A stretch of 64,000 nucleotides of DNA from Aestuariibacter sp. Its GTDB lineage: Bacteria > Pseudomonadota > Gammaproteobacteria > Enterobacterales > Alteromonadaceae. The notes under the pieces were generated by a model. That model had not been told where the DNA came from, ran no database searches, and saw nothing but the letters and a program-made list of their open reading frames with translations. Position numbers and translations under genes: made by a program. Of the stretch, positions 52,133 through 62,188 are shown piece after piece; position 1 is the stretch's first letter; each line of letters opens with the position of its first letter. Location: contig CP170457.1 in the NCBI GenBank assembly GCA_047947135.1, positions 720,027-784,026 of the forward strand. The letters are read 5' to 3'.

Positions 52133-54724
52133 ATGAATTCACAATTTCGCAAGCCGTTGCCCGGCAGTCATCTGGACTTTTTTGACACCCGGGAAGCAAT
52201 TGAAAGCATTAAACCCGGTGCTTACGACACCTTACCCTATACATCTCGCGTGTTGGCAGAGAATCTGGTGCGTCGCTGTCCTCCAGAAAATCTGACCGAC
52301 AGCCTGAGCCAAATTATCGAGCGCAAAAAAGACCTGGACTTCCCGTGGTTTCCAGCCCGTGTGGTTTGTCACGATATTCTTGGTCAGACTGCACTGGTAG
52401 ATCTGGCGGGTCTGCGGGATGCCATTGCTGAAAAAGGTGGTGATCCTGCCAAAGTAAACCCCGTGGTGCCAACGCAACTTATCGTCGACCATTCGTTAGC
52501 GGTAGAGCATGCCGGATTTGAACAGGATGCTTTCGAGAAGAATCGCGCCATTGAAGAACGTCGCAACGAAGACCGTTTCCATTTTATTAATTGGACCAAA
52601 ACAGCATTTAAAAACGTCGATGTTATCCCTCCAGGGAACGGCATTATGCACCAAATTAACCTGGAAAGAATGTCTCCGGTCATTCACGCCAGAGACGGTG
52701 TCGCGTTTCCTGATACGCTAGTGGGGACTGACAGCCATACACCACATGTTGACGCATTAGGGGTCATCGCAATCGGTGTCGGTGGACTAGAAGCGGAAAG
52801 TGTCATGTTAGGTCGTGCCTCTTATATGCGTTTGCCAGATATCGTTGGTGTCGAGCTTACCGGCAAACCACAACCTGGGATTACCGCCACCGATATCGTA
52901 TTGGCATTGACGGAATTTTTGCGTAAACAAAAAGTGGTCTCTACTTATCTGGAATTCTTTGGTGAAGGTGCCTCTCATTTAACACTGGGTGATCGTGCCA
53001 CCATCTCCAACATGACGCCGGAATACGGTGCCACCGCAGCCATGTTTTACATTGACCAGCAAACCATTGATTATTTGCGTTTGACCGGACGGGAAGAACA
53101 ACAAATTAAGCTGGTCGAAACTTATGCCAAACACACAGGTTTATGGGCAGACTCGTTAGAGAGCGCCCACTACGAGCGGGTATTACAGTTTGATTTATCC
53201 AGTGTCGTACGCAATATCGCTGGACCATCAACACCCCATAGCCGCGTGTCGGTCAGTGATTTAGCTGAGAAAGGCATCAGTAGAACGGTTGAGCAAGCAG
53301 ATGGACAGATGCCTGATGGCGCCGTCATCATCGCAGCGATTACCAGTTGTACCAATACCAGTAATCCACGCAACGTCATCGCCGCCGGTCTGCTAGCACG
53401 CAACGCCAACGAGAAAGGCTTGATGCGCAAACCCTGGGTGAAAAGCTCCCTGGCCCCCGGTTCTAAAGCGGTAAAACTGTATCTTGAAGAAGCTGGACTA
53501 TTGTCAGAACTGGAAAACCTGGGTTTTGGTGTCGTGGCGTTTGCCTGTACCACCTGCAATGGCATGAGTGGTGCCCTGGATCCCAAAATTCAGCAAGAAA
53601 TTATCGACCGCGACTTATATGCCACTGCCGTTTTATCTGGCAACCGTAACTTTGACGGCCGTATTCACCCCTACGCCAAACAGGCATTTTTAGCCTCGCC
53701 GGCACTGGTCATTGCCTACGCCATCGCAGGGACCATTCGTTTTGATATCGAAAGAGATGTGTTGGGCCATGACGAACAAGGCAATGCCGTAACACTCAAA
53801 GATATCTGGCCAAGCGATGAAGAAATCGATGCGGTAATTGCCGAAAGCGTCAAGCCTGAGCATTTCACCAAAACCTATGAGCCGATGTTTGATATCCGCA
53901 TGGAAGAGGGGGAACAGCTCAACCCACTATACAACTGGCGTCCACAAAGTACCTATATTCGTCGCCCACCCTATTGGGAAGGCGCATTAGCCGGAGAACG
54001 TTCACTGGCGGATATGCGACCGTTAGCGATTCTGGGGGATAACATCACCACCGACCATTTATCACCATCTAACGCGATTTTACTGGACAGTGCAGCGGGT
54101 GAATATCTGGCGAAAATGGGCTTACCCGAAGAAGATTTTAATTCCTATGCAACCCACCGTGGTGACCACTTAACGGCGCAACGAGCCACCTTTGCCAACC
54201 CCAAACTATTTAATGAAATGGTGCTGGAAGATGGTCAGGTAAAACAGGGATCATTTGCCCGTATCGAGCCTGAAGGCAAAGTGACACGCATGTGGGAAGC
54301 TATTGAAACCTACATGCAGCGCAAACAACCACTGATTATCATCGCAGGAGCGGACTACGGACAAGGTTCCTCTCGTGACTGGGCAGCCAAAGGAGTACGT
54401 CTCGCGGGCGTACAAGCCATCGTGGCCGAAGGCTTTGAACGTATTCACCGAACCAATCTGATTGGAATGGGTGTTCTGCCACTGGAATTTAAACCCGGAG
54501 TAACCCGTAAGACACTGGCACTTGATGGTACTGAAACCTATGACGTAAAAGGCAGCCGCAAACCGGGAGCAAAGTTAACGCTAGTGATCAAACGCACTAG
54601 TGGTGAAGTCGATGAAATACCTGTGACCTGCCGACTAGATACGGAAGAAGAGGTGTCCATCTATGAAGCTGGCGGTGTTTTGCAACGCTTTGCCAAAGAC
54701 TTTCTGGAAGCCGAAACAGCCTAA
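52133..54724 (+). CDS. acnD: Fe-S-dependent 2-methylcitrate dehydratase AcnD (aconitase family).
   Basis: 863-aa aconitase-A-like protein. Cluster-ligand Cys contexts (ITSCTNTSN; CTTCNG). It is followed by prpF, the diagnostic AcnD/PrpF pair. Confidence 0.95.
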   Translation: MNSQFRKPLPGSHLDFFDTREAIESIKPGAYDTLPYTSRVLAENLVRRCPPENLTDSLSQIIERKKDLDFPWFPARVVCHDILGQTALVDLAGLRDAIAEKGGDPAKVNPVVPTQLIVDHSLAVEHAGFEQDAFEKNRAIEERRNEDRFHFINWTKTAFKNVDVIPPGNGIMHQINLERMSPVIHARDGVAFPDTLVGTDSHTPHVDALGVIAIGVGGLEAESVMLGRASYMRLPDIVGVELTGKPQPGITATDIVLALTEFLRKQKVVSTYLEFFGEGASHLTLGDRATISNMTPEYGATAAMFYIDQQTIDYLRLTGREEQQIKLVETYAKHTGLWADSLESAHYERVLQFDLSSVVRNIAGPSTPHSRVSVSDLAEKGISRTVEQADGQMPDGAVIIAAITSCTNTSNPRNVIAAGLLARNANEKGLMRKPWVKSSLAPGSKAVKLYLEEAGLLSELENLGFGVVAFACTTCNGMSGALDPKIQQEIIDRDLYATAVLSGNRNFDGRIHPYAKQAFLASPALVIAYAIAGTIRFDIERDVLGHDEQGNAVTLKDIWPSDEEIDAVIAESVKPEHFTKTYEPMFDIRMEEGEQLNPLYNWRPQSTYIRRPPYWEGALAGERSLADMRPLAILGDNITTDHLSPSNAILLDSAAGEYLAKMGLPEEDFNSYATHRGDHLTAQRATFANPKLFNEMVLEDGQVKQGSFARIEPEGKVTRMWEAIETYMQRKQPLIIIAGADYGQGSSRDWAAKGVRLAGVQAIVAEGFERIHRTNLIGMGVLPLEFKPGVTRKTLALDGTETYDVKGSRKPGAKLTLVIKRTSGEVDEIPVTCRLDTEEEVSIYEAGGVLQRFAKDFLEAETA

Positions 54725-54730
54725 GGAAAT

Positions 54731-55915
54731 ATGATGACCCACTTACCTCAACTTCGCATTCCCGCCACCTATATGCGTGGCGGCACCAGTAAAGGTGTGT
54801 TTTTTAATCGTAAGGATTTGCCGGAATTTGCACAGCAAGCCGGTCCAGAACGGGACAAGTTGCTGCTTCGCGTGATTGGTAGCCCCGATCCATATCAAAA
54901 GCACACCGATGGCATGGGAGGTGCAACATCCAGCACCAGTAAAGTAGTGATTCTGGACAACAGCAGTCAGGCTGAACACGATGTTGACTATCTGTTTGGA
55001 CAGGTCGCCATCGATCAGCCTCGTGTTGACTGGTCAGGAAACTGCGGCAATCTGACCGCGGCAGTGGGCGCGTTTGCCATCAATAATGGGTTGGTTGCCA
55101 AAGATCGTATCCCACAAGACGGTATTGCTGTGATACGCATCTGGCAGGTTAATATCCAGAAAACCATTATTGCACATATTCCCATTACTAATGGTGAGGT
55201 GCAGGAAACCGGTGCTTTCGAGCTCGATGGTGTGACCTTTCCAGCCGCAGAAGTCAAAGTCGAATTTATTGATCCGGCAGACGGAGAAGGGGATATGTTC
55301 CCAACCGGCAATGTGGTGGATATGCTAGCCGTCCCCGAGGATCTGGTATCGGGTGGCAGCATTAAGGCAACACTGATCAATGCCGGTATTCCCACCATGT
55401 TCGTCAACGCAGAAGATATTGGCTATACGGGCACGGAACTGCAAGATGACATCAATGGTGATGCGCAAGCGTTACAGCGTTTTGAGCAACTGCGGACGAT
55501 TGGTGCGCTTAAAATGGGGCTAATCAGCTCCCCAGAAGAGGCCAAAGAGCGCCAGCATACGCCCAAGATTGCCTTTGTCGCACCACCAGCAAACTATGTG
55601 GCATCCAGCGGAAAACAGATTAGCAGCAAGGACATTGATGTTTTAGTCCGAGCCTTGTCTATGGGTAAATTACACCATGCCATGATGGGCACAGCAGCTG
55701 TCGCTATTGCAACTGCGGCCGCAATTCCCGGTACCTTGGTTAATCTCGCTGCCGGTGGTGGAGAACGCTCGCAAGTGACGTTTGGTCATCCGTCTGGCAC
55801 ATTGAAGGTCGGGGCAGAAGCCTCTTGTGAAGGTGGTAAATGGCTGGCTAAAAAAGCCATTATGAGCCGAAGTGCACGTATCTTAATGGAGGGGCAAGTG
55901 CGCGTTCCCCAATAG
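54731..55915 (+). CDS. prpF: 2-methylaconitate cis-trans isomerase PrpF.
   Basis: MRGGTSKGVFF N-terminal motif and the PrpF/diaminopimelate-epimerase-like fold. 394 aa. Confidence 0.9.
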   Translation: MMTHLPQLRIPATYMRGGTSKGVFFNRKDLPEFAQQAGPERDKLLLRVIGSPDPYQKHTDGMGGATSSTSKVVILDNSSQAEHDVDYLFGQVAIDQPRVDWSGNCGNLTAAVGAFAINNGLVAKDRIPQDGIAVIRIWQVNIQKTIIAHIPITNGEVQETGAFELDGVTFPAAEVKVEFIDPADGEGDMFPTGNVVDMLAVPEDLVSGGSIKATLINAGIPTMFVNAEDIGYTGTELQDDINGDAQALQRFEQLRTIGALKMGLISSPEEAKERQHTPKIAFVAPPANYVASSGKQISSKDIDVLVRALSMGKLHHAMMGTAAVAIATAAAIPGTLVNLAAGGGERSQVTFGHPSGTLKVGAEASCEGGKWLAKKAIMSRSARILMEGQVRVPQ

Positions 55916-55935
55916 TGCTCATAGCGCCGGATACT

Positions 55936-55969
55936 AAAAAACCGCCAAATTGGCGGTTTTTTGTTTTCC
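55936..55969. terminator. Bidirectional rho-independent terminator after prpF, also serving the convergent VOC gene.
   Basis: aaaaaACCGCCAAattTTGGCGGTtttttgtttt is a GC stem flanked by an A-run and a T-run. Confidence 0.7.
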
Positions 55970-55981
55970 GAAATGCACTTT

Positions 55982-56401
55982 TTAAGATTTTTTAAACAGC
56001 ACTTCCGGATGCTTCATGGTTTTCATTTCCAGAACATTGCCGTTTGGATCTTCAATAAAAAACGTTTCCTGTTCAAACTCAGTACCGATAAATCGACGAT
56101 ATGGCTTATCCAGATAATCCAATCCAGCACCTTCGATACGGGCTTTTAACGCCTGAAACTCATCATCCGGCATATGTGCACCAAAATGTGGTACCGAGAC
56201 ATTACCCATGTCCACATCGTGACGAACCGTTGGCAAACGCTCTTCGCTTTGGTGCAGCGTCAGTTCATTGCCCCAAAAGTCGATATCAACCCAGCGACCT
56301 TCTTCACTGTTGCCGGTATTACAGCCCATGACATCACAGTAAAACTGCTTAGCCACTTCCAGATCGCCAGCAGGGATGGCAAGGTGTAAACAATTAGACA
56401 T
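55982..56401 (-). CDS. VOC-family (glyoxalase/bleomycin-resistance/dioxygenase fold) protein.
   Basis: HLAIPAGDLEVAKQFYCDVMGC...HFGAHMPDDEFQALKARIEGAGLDY...FIEDPNGNVLEM is the paired beta-alpha-beta-beta-beta module. The start is taken at MSNCLHL (AGGAA RBS at correct spacing). Confidence 0.7.
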   Translation of the reverse strand: MSNCLHLAIPAGDLEVAKQFYCDVMGCNTGNSEEGRWVDIDFWGNELTLHQSEERLPTVRHDVDMGNVSVPHFGAHMPDDEFQALKARIEGAGLDYLDKPYRRFIGTEFEQETFFIEDPNGNVLEMKTMKHPEVLFKKS

Positions 56402-56538
56402 TCTTTGCATTTCCTATTATTACTTTTATCCAGCTGCAAACTACCTTGTTAACAAAAAAACACAAGCTCAGCAAAGCCTGTCAGCGACTTGTAAATGCAA
56501 AGAATTTATTACAAGCCGCTGAATTCAGGCCTAAGTCA

Positions 56539-56883
56539 TTAACCTTCAGTGACTCTCTCACTGGCATGTCGTTGCATACTATTTGTGAGTCGACGCGCCT
56601 TTTTACCATGCAGCGCCAGATACAGCAGAGGCCCAAAGGAGCCAAGGAACAGCGTAATGACCACCCACGGCCAGGGATTGATACCGGCTCGTTTTGCTTC
56701 CGGGATAAGCCAGTTAAACACCAGCAGCAGCGCAATCACCAAATCTGCAAACACCTGCCAACCTGCGGGACTGGCGAAGGCATAATCCACAATGCCAATA
56801 TACCCCACCTGCATGACGGCATAGGCTGAAAGCACAGTAAAAGGAACCAGTAACACAATGGCAAATAAACGTTGAAAGGACAT
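56539..56883 (-). CDS. Small hypothetical membrane protein (3-4 TM helices).
   Basis: MSFQRLFAIVLLVPFTVLSAYAVMQVGYIGIV...WQVFADLVIALLLVFNWLI...PWVVITLFLGSFGPLLYLAL. A competing + strand ORF (56446-56829) looks non-protein-like. Confidence 0.45.
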   Translation of the reverse strand: MSFQRLFAIVLLVPFTVLSAYAVMQVGYIGIVDYAFASPAGWQVFADLVIALLLVFNWLIPEAKRAGINPWPWVVITLFLGSFGPLLYLALHGKKARRLTNSMQRHASERVTEG

Positions 56884-57021
56884 AATAGTTTCTCCTCATT
56901 AATGATGAGGTAATTGTCGCTGTTAAGGTGAAATTGGCAATTACCTCCCAGGTAATAGCTTTTAGGTCATATTCGATAAATACTAGAAGTCATCAGAAGC
57001 GTCCACCATCAGGTAGCCATC

Positions 57022-57822
57022 ATGCTTGCAAGTTTTGAGTCTGAATGTCGTAAATGGCGACAGCGTTGTAAACTGTCACAGTTGGATCTTGCTTTAGCAG
57101 CCGACATATCACAAAAGCATTTGAGCTATCTTGAAACTGGGCGCAGCAAGCCCAGTCGTACAATGGTGATAAGACTCTGTGAAGCTATGCAACTGCCGTT
57201 GCGTGACAGAAACAAGTTTTTGCAGCTCGCTGGGTTTAGTGCCGAATACCATGAGAGGCAACTTAGCGATACAGATATGGGCCCCATCAATAACGCAATT
57301 GACGCCATATTGCAGCAGCACAATCCATATATTGCCGTTGCGGTAGATAAGCGCTGGAATTTGATTAAACAAAACGGAGCATCTGAGGTATTTAATCGAT
57401 TTCTGGCTGAGCAATACCCTGCCATTGTCCCGTTATTGCAACGCCGGCCGTTAAATCTCATAGAACTGACGTTACATCCAGATGGTTTACAACCTTTGAT
57501 CACTAACTGGCCGGAATTTGCCACCATGATGCGCCAGCGATTGGAACAAGAGCTGCTTGCCTGCTCTGAAGAAAAGGAACACTTAAGGCTGTCCACGTTG
57601 ATTCAGCAGCTCGCCAGGCAGAACATCAGCCGCGCAGCAGAACACAGTTCCCTGCTACCTGTCGTACCTTTGAACCTGAATATTACCGGCCAACCGCTCA
57701 GTCTATTTTCGGTCATCTCCACCATTGGCACACCACAGGATATTACCGCTGATGAAATACGTATCGAAAGTTTTTATCCAATGGATGAGGATACCAAAGC
57801 GTTTTTTAGTGCTATAGGATAG
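57022..57822 (+). CDS. XRE-family HTH transcriptional regulator with a MmyB-like C-terminal ligand-binding domain.
   Basis: The HTH LSQLDLALAADISQKHLSYLETGRSKPSRTMVIRLCEAMQL is followed by about 170 aa typical of MmyB-like regulators. Confidence 0.65.
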   Translation: MLASFESECRKWRQRCKLSQLDLALAADISQKHLSYLETGRSKPSRTMVIRLCEAMQLPLRDRNKFLQLAGFSAEYHERQLSDTDMGPINNAIDAILQQHNPYIAVAVDKRWNLIKQNGASEVFNRFLAEQYPAIVPLLQRRPLNLIELTLHPDGLQPLITNWPEFATMMRQRLEQELLACSEEKEHLRLSTLIQQLARQNISRAAEHSSLLPVVPLNLNITGQPLSLFSVISTIGTPQDITADEIRIESFYPMDEDTKAFFSAIG

Positions 57823-57894
57823 ACTCAGGGTATGCGAATATGGGCTTCGCGGCGCTAAGGTCCGTGAAAATAGCCTGTTTATCTTGTGTGATGA

Positions 57895-59481
57895 ATGTCT
57901 GATTCAAACAACAATCATAAAATACAAACACATGACCTAATCATCGACCTGCAATCACGTAAAGTTTGTAGAGGTGAGCAGACACTGCCTGTCTCTGGAC
58001 TGACATTCACGCTGTTGCAGGCTTTGATTGCTGAGGCAAATCAGGTGGTCTCCAAGGATACCCTGGCGCAATCAGTCTGGCATGGCAAAGTGGTCAGTGA
58101 TGAAACTATTGCACAGCGTATTTCATTATTGCGTAAAGCGTTGGGGAAAGAAAAACCGGATTATATTGAATCCGTCAGGGGTGAGGGTTATCGGTGGCTA
58201 CCTACAGCCAGACCCATCACTGAGGAACTATTCACATCTGATTCAACAGCAAGACGAGACGCCCTCTGGATATTTTCCCTTGCCTCTTTGCTGCTGTTCA
58301 GCGGCTTAGGCTGGTTTTTCTACCAACAGTTGTCCCCGCAGTCAACCCAGCCGTCCGAACAGAAAACTATAGACGCGCTGGACTTTCAGACGCTAACGTT
58401 AAATAAAGCTAAGCGGTATGCTCAGCAACTGACCCCCAGAAACATGGAATTGGCAAGCACACTTTATCGGGAAGTATTACTGCAAAACCCCAACTCATAC
58501 CAAGCACAATATGGTCTGGCGCAAACTCTGCTGCACAAAGTATCCAAGTTCGATGGTGGCAGTACGTTGCTAAATGAAGCCGATAAAATAAGCCAACGAC
58601 TTTATAGCGCTCAGCCAAATAATGACCGGAATATCTGGTTGCGGGGATTTTATTACGATGTCGCTGGAGACATAGATAACGCCATTGTTTTTTACGAAAG
58701 TGGTTTGAACAAAAAGCCGGATTCAATTGGGTTTAAAGGTGCTCTGGCATACCTCTATGTGCAAAAAGGCAGACTACATGAAGCCGTTCACTTGAACATT
58801 GACACCCTAGGCAGCGAGCAACACTATCAATTGTTGCAAATGGGGGAGGCGTTTATGCTCGCCGGTCTGGATGACAAAGCCAAACTATGGTTATCCAGAG
58901 CAGTGGCTTTAGATCCTGATAACACATTCGCAGCAATTGCCCTCGCCATGTTTTATTTTATCGATGATGACCCCGGAGCAGCGAAACATGTTATTCAGCA
59001 ACTTCATCAACGTGGTGTCGTCACCGCATTTACAAAGCATATGGAAATGATGCTGGCAGCCAGTAGCGGTGACGAACTACAGGCGATTCAGCATCTTGAA
59101 CAAGCACAAACCTTTCTAAATGACTCAATCTACCTACTTTCCTGGCAAGACTGGTTATGGCGAAACCAGGCCGATTATACATTTCATCATTTCGAGCCCC
59201 CCGCCACCACATCACAGTGGCCTAAAGTCTGGGTCACGATGGCAATCAGTGCGCAAGCACACCAGCAAACAGATACAGCCATCCGCTATTTACAAACGGC
59301 TGTGAACTCAGGATATTTGAATCACCGACTGCTTACCAGACTGCCACCGTTTAAATCCTTGCAACAATTACCCACCTGGCAGGCGCTTATCAATAAGATG
59401 AAACACAATGCCACCACTGAGCGTGTCAAAATAGAAAGTTACGCCATTCCTACCCTTACTTTAAAAGTGCAGGCAAAATAG
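57895..59481 (+). CDS. CadC/ToxR-like winged-helix (OmpR/PhoB-type DNA-binding) regulator with TM segment and C-terminal TPR-like domain.
   Basis: N-terminal trans_reg_C domain (LTFTLLQALIAEANQVVSKDTLAQSVWHGKVVSDETIAQRISLLRKAL...VRGEGYRW). TM helix ALWIFSLASLLLFSGLGWFFY. Helical repeat region. Confidence 0.7.
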   Translation: MSDSNNNHKIQTHDLIIDLQSRKVCRGEQTLPVSGLTFTLLQALIAEANQVVSKDTLAQSVWHGKVVSDETIAQRISLLRKALGKEKPDYIESVRGEGYRWLPTARPITEELFTSDSTARRDALWIFSLASLLLFSGLGWFFYQQLSPQSTQPSEQKTIDALDFQTLTLNKAKRYAQQLTPRNMELASTLYREVLLQNPNSYQAQYGLAQTLLHKVSKFDGGSTLLNEADKISQRLYSAQPNNDRNIWLRGFYYDVAGDIDNAIVFYESGLNKKPDSIGFKGALAYLYVQKGRLHEAVHLNIDTLGSEQHYQLLQMGEAFMLAGLDDKAKLWLSRAVALDPDNTFAAIALAMFYFIDDDPGAAKHVIQQLHQRGVVTAFTKHMEMMLAASSGDELQAIQHLEQAQTFLNDSIYLLSWQDWLWRNQADYTFHHFEPPATTSQWPKVWVTMAISAQAHQQTDTAIRYLQTAVNSGYLNHRLLTRLPPFKSLQQLPTWQALINKMKHNATTERVKIESYAIPTLTLKVQAK

Positions 59482-60502
59482 CGTCGGTCATTAGTTGCCG
59501 TGCCTGTTTATGCATATATGGAGTCCCGTAGGCCGTCGCGGTTATTACCACTGCAGCATTTAACTCGGGAATGGCAAACAGATAGTTACCACCATTGCCC
59601 GAAGCAGCAATCGTGCGAATAGTTCTGCCATTAACCTCAAAGTTAACCAGCCACCACAACATCCCATAGTCGGTTTTGGGTTTTTCACTGACCTGCGAGT
59701 AAGCCTTCACACTGGCAGCCAACCACGCTCTTGAAAGCAGTTGTTTGCCCTGCCATTTGCCATCATTTAATAACAGCTGTCCAAATTTGATAAAGTCCGT
59801 GGGCTTAATACGCAGTCCACCACCCGCCTGGATGATACCCATCGGCGATTTATACCAAGTAACTTCTGAGATTTGCATGGCAGAAAAGAGATACTTACGG
59901 GCGAACTCATCAAGTCGCATACCTGAACGGCGTTCAATAGCAGCCCCGGTGATGGATACACCCGCAGTGCAATAGGAGAATCCACGTCCATAAGGCTGTT
60001 GTTCAAATGGCTTTTCCCAAGGAGGAGCACCGCGAACTGGTAAATCTAAGAAAAATTCGACCCAATCTTTTCTTAAATACATGCGCTCTTCATTGCCAGC
60101 AGAGTATTGATTCCAATCGTTGCATTCCAACGGATTGGTCATACTCATCAGGTCAAAGTAGGTCATTTTGCGCTTTTCTGAGGTGAAATATTGCGGCCGG
60201 TACTCCCCAAAATCAGCCAGTACTTTATCGTTTTGAGAGGTAAACAGTTGTTGCTCAACGGCGATACCATAAAGGAGGTTGGTCAGCGATTTGCTCGCAG
60301 AGCGCACATCATGCAAATCATCTGGGTGGGTATCGTTGTAGTATTGCTCAAACAGCGCAACATCATGCTGGCGAATAACAATGGAAGACAATTGCTTCGC
60401 CTTAACCTGTGCAATGGCTTCCTCTAAGGTATCGGCCCATGCGACGGCAGGTGACAACATCACACACAGTAAATACAAGCCCGATAACAATATATTTTTC
60501 AA
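59456..60502 (-). CDS. Serine hydrolase of the beta-lactamase/PBP transpeptidase-like family. TTG start.
   Basis: Signal peptide, then the SASKS (SxxK) nucleophile motif. RBS AGGAGAG sits 6 nt before the TTG. Confidence 0.75.
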   Translation of the reverse strand: MKNILLSGLYLLCVMLSPAVAWADTLEEAIAQVKAKQLSSIVIRQHDVALFEQYYNDTHPDDLHDVRSASKSLTNLLYGIAVEQQLFTSQNDKVLADFGEYRPQYFTSEKRKMTYFDLMSMTNPLECNDWNQYSAGNEERMYLRKDWVEFFLDLPVRGAPPWEKPFEQQPYGRGFSYCTAGVSITGAAIERRSGMRLDEFARKYLFSAMQISEVTWYKSPMGIIQAGGGLRIKPTDFIKFGQLLLNDGKWQGKQLLSRAWLAASVKAYSQVSEKPKTDYGMLWWLVNFEVNGRTIRTIAASGNGGNYLFAIPELNAAVVITATAYGTPYMHKQARQLMTDAILPALLK

Positions 60503-60622
60503 TTTTATCTCTCCTGAAATATGTCGAATTTCAGGATGACGATAAATACAGCTGCGTGCTTGAAGTTTGCCTTAAAGATCTTGAAGAATCTTGAAGAGCA
60601 ATCCGATCAGAACGAGATTACC

Positions 60623-61216
60623 TCATTCTGAGGGGCCATATCCCCACGGAGCATCCGGCACAGGGACAGGTTGAGTCAGATCAAAATCCACTTGAATCTC
60701 GCGTGCTGGTCGCACTAATCGATAAATGAAACGGTTCGGATAAATCATCATTTGCCAGACATTATCGGTCGACGCTGTAATACCAGAGTCGATAAAAAGC
60801 TGCTTTGAATAGGCATCCACCGGAAAAGATTGCACCTGCGCATAGCCGGCATCCGTCGTATGACCACCATACATGGTGGAGTCGTGATAACTGCCGTCTT
60901 TATTGCGGTGATCGTGTTTTAACATCAGACCGGCCCCGGTTTTGGTCAGCAGCCAGGTGCGCGACGCATCATCACCGACATGAAATGGGATTTGAATTTC
61001 TCTTTCTGAACACTCCCGTACATGCATCACCAGACGTTGCCCGGCAAAAGTACCACCGACATTGTCGGTCACAACTTTGCCTTCATACGCCTTACCGCAA
61101 TGGGCTTTGATGCTGTTAAAAAATGCATCCTGGCTGGCGATAGATACAAGCGGCGCAGGGGTTGCAAGCACCTGCAGTGAAAACACCGCCAGTAGTAGAA
61201 TTACGATCTGTTTCAT
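60623..61216 (-). CDS. Hypothetical secreted protein.
   Basis: Signal peptide MKQIVILLLAVFSLQVLA. 2 Cys. No recognisable family. Confidence 0.55.
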   Translation of the reverse strand: MKQIVILLLAVFSLQVLATPAPLVSIASQDAFFNSIKAHCGKAYEGKVVTDNVGGTFAGQRLVMHVRECSEREIQIPFHVGDDASRTWLLTKTGAGLMLKHDHRNKDGSYHDSTMYGGHTTDAGYAQVQSFPVDAYSKQLFIDSGITASTDNVWQMMIYPNRFIYRLVRPAREIQVDFDLTQPVPVPDAPWGYGPSE

Positions 61217-61262
61217 TATTTTCCTTAGGTTTCGATATCCAAACCGCCTTTAAAATAAGCGA

Positions 61263-62132
61263 TCAAGTTTGACCCGTTGTTTGCTTAAACCAATCATTTA
61301 TAAACTCAATACACTTTATCAGGATTGGTGGTAAATGTTTGCGATTTGGGTACAACGCATACAAATTCAGTTTCGGGCGCTCAAAGTCTGGTAGTATCTC
61401 CTGCAGTTTTCCCATGCTAATCCACTCATCGGCTATAAAACCCGGAAGGAATCCTATCCCCCGTCCAGCCACAATTATATCCCTCATAAATAAAGTATTA
61501 TTCACTTTTAGCGACCCTTTAATCCTCACACCGCCAGCCACTGGCCATTCGTTTCCCCCCTTAAAATAGCTATATACAAAACAATTGTGGTTTTGTAGAT
61601 CCTGAGGTGTCTCAATATTCGGATACTGATTAAGATAATCAGGGGATGCACAGATCCGATACTGAAAAGACTTGAGCGGTTTTCCGACATAGCCAGAATC
61701 AAATATTCGACTACTTGCCCGAAACCCTAAGTCGAAACCGTGCTCAATTAAGTCTAAATTTTCATCTCCAAGATGAATGTCCAGTTCGATATCGGGGTAT
61801 GCGGCCATAAAATCAGCAAAAACCGGTCCCAATTCTGCTAATCCCAAGGCCATGGGCAAATTTATACGTAGTTTTCCCTGCAAAATATTTTGAGCTTGCT
61901 GCACAAATGCTTCAGCATCATCAAGTTGCAATAATACTTCACGACATCGCAGTAAGTAGCCTTTACCAATGGGAGTCAATTGAACTCGCCTTGTAGAGCG
62001 ATGCAACAAGCGAGTACCAATATCTTCTTCCAGTTTTTGGATTTCTTTACTGACCATGGATGAAGTAGCGTTCACTTCATCAGCGACAGCGGTAAAGCTG
62101 CCTAATTCAGACAAACGAACAAATAGCTTCAT
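61263..62132 (-). CDS. LysR-family transcriptional regulator.
   Basis: MKLFVRLSELGSFTAVADEVNATSSMVSKEIQKLEEDIGTRLLHRSTRRVQLTPIG is the LysR HTH. C-terminal substrate-binding domain. Divergent from a GST gene. Confidence 0.9.
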   Translation of the reverse strand: MKLFVRLSELGSFTAVADEVNATSSMVSKEIQKLEEDIGTRLLHRSTRRVQLTPIGKGYLLRCREVLLQLDDAEAFVQQAQNILQGKLRINLPMALGLAELGPVFADFMAAYPDIELDIHLGDENLDLIEHGFDLGFRASSRIFDSGYVGKPLKSFQYRICASPDYLNQYPNIETPQDLQNHNCFVYSYFKGGNEWPVAGGVRIKGSLKVNNTLFMRDIIVAGRGIGFLPGFIADEWISMGKLQEILPDFERPKLNLYALYPNRKHLPPILIKCIEFINDWFKQTTGQT

Positions 62133-62173
62133 GGCGCGCAATTTATTCACATACCCTCCCAACTACTTCCATT

Positions 62174-62188
62174 TTAGAAATAGTCTAA
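62174..62188. promoter_or_regulatory. Candidate LysR box (T-N11-A dyad TTAGA-N5-TCTAA) in the LysR/GST divergent intergenic region.
   Basis: ttagaaatagtctaa lies 42 nt upstream of the lysR start and about 90 nt upstream of the divergent GST gene. Confidence 0.35.
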
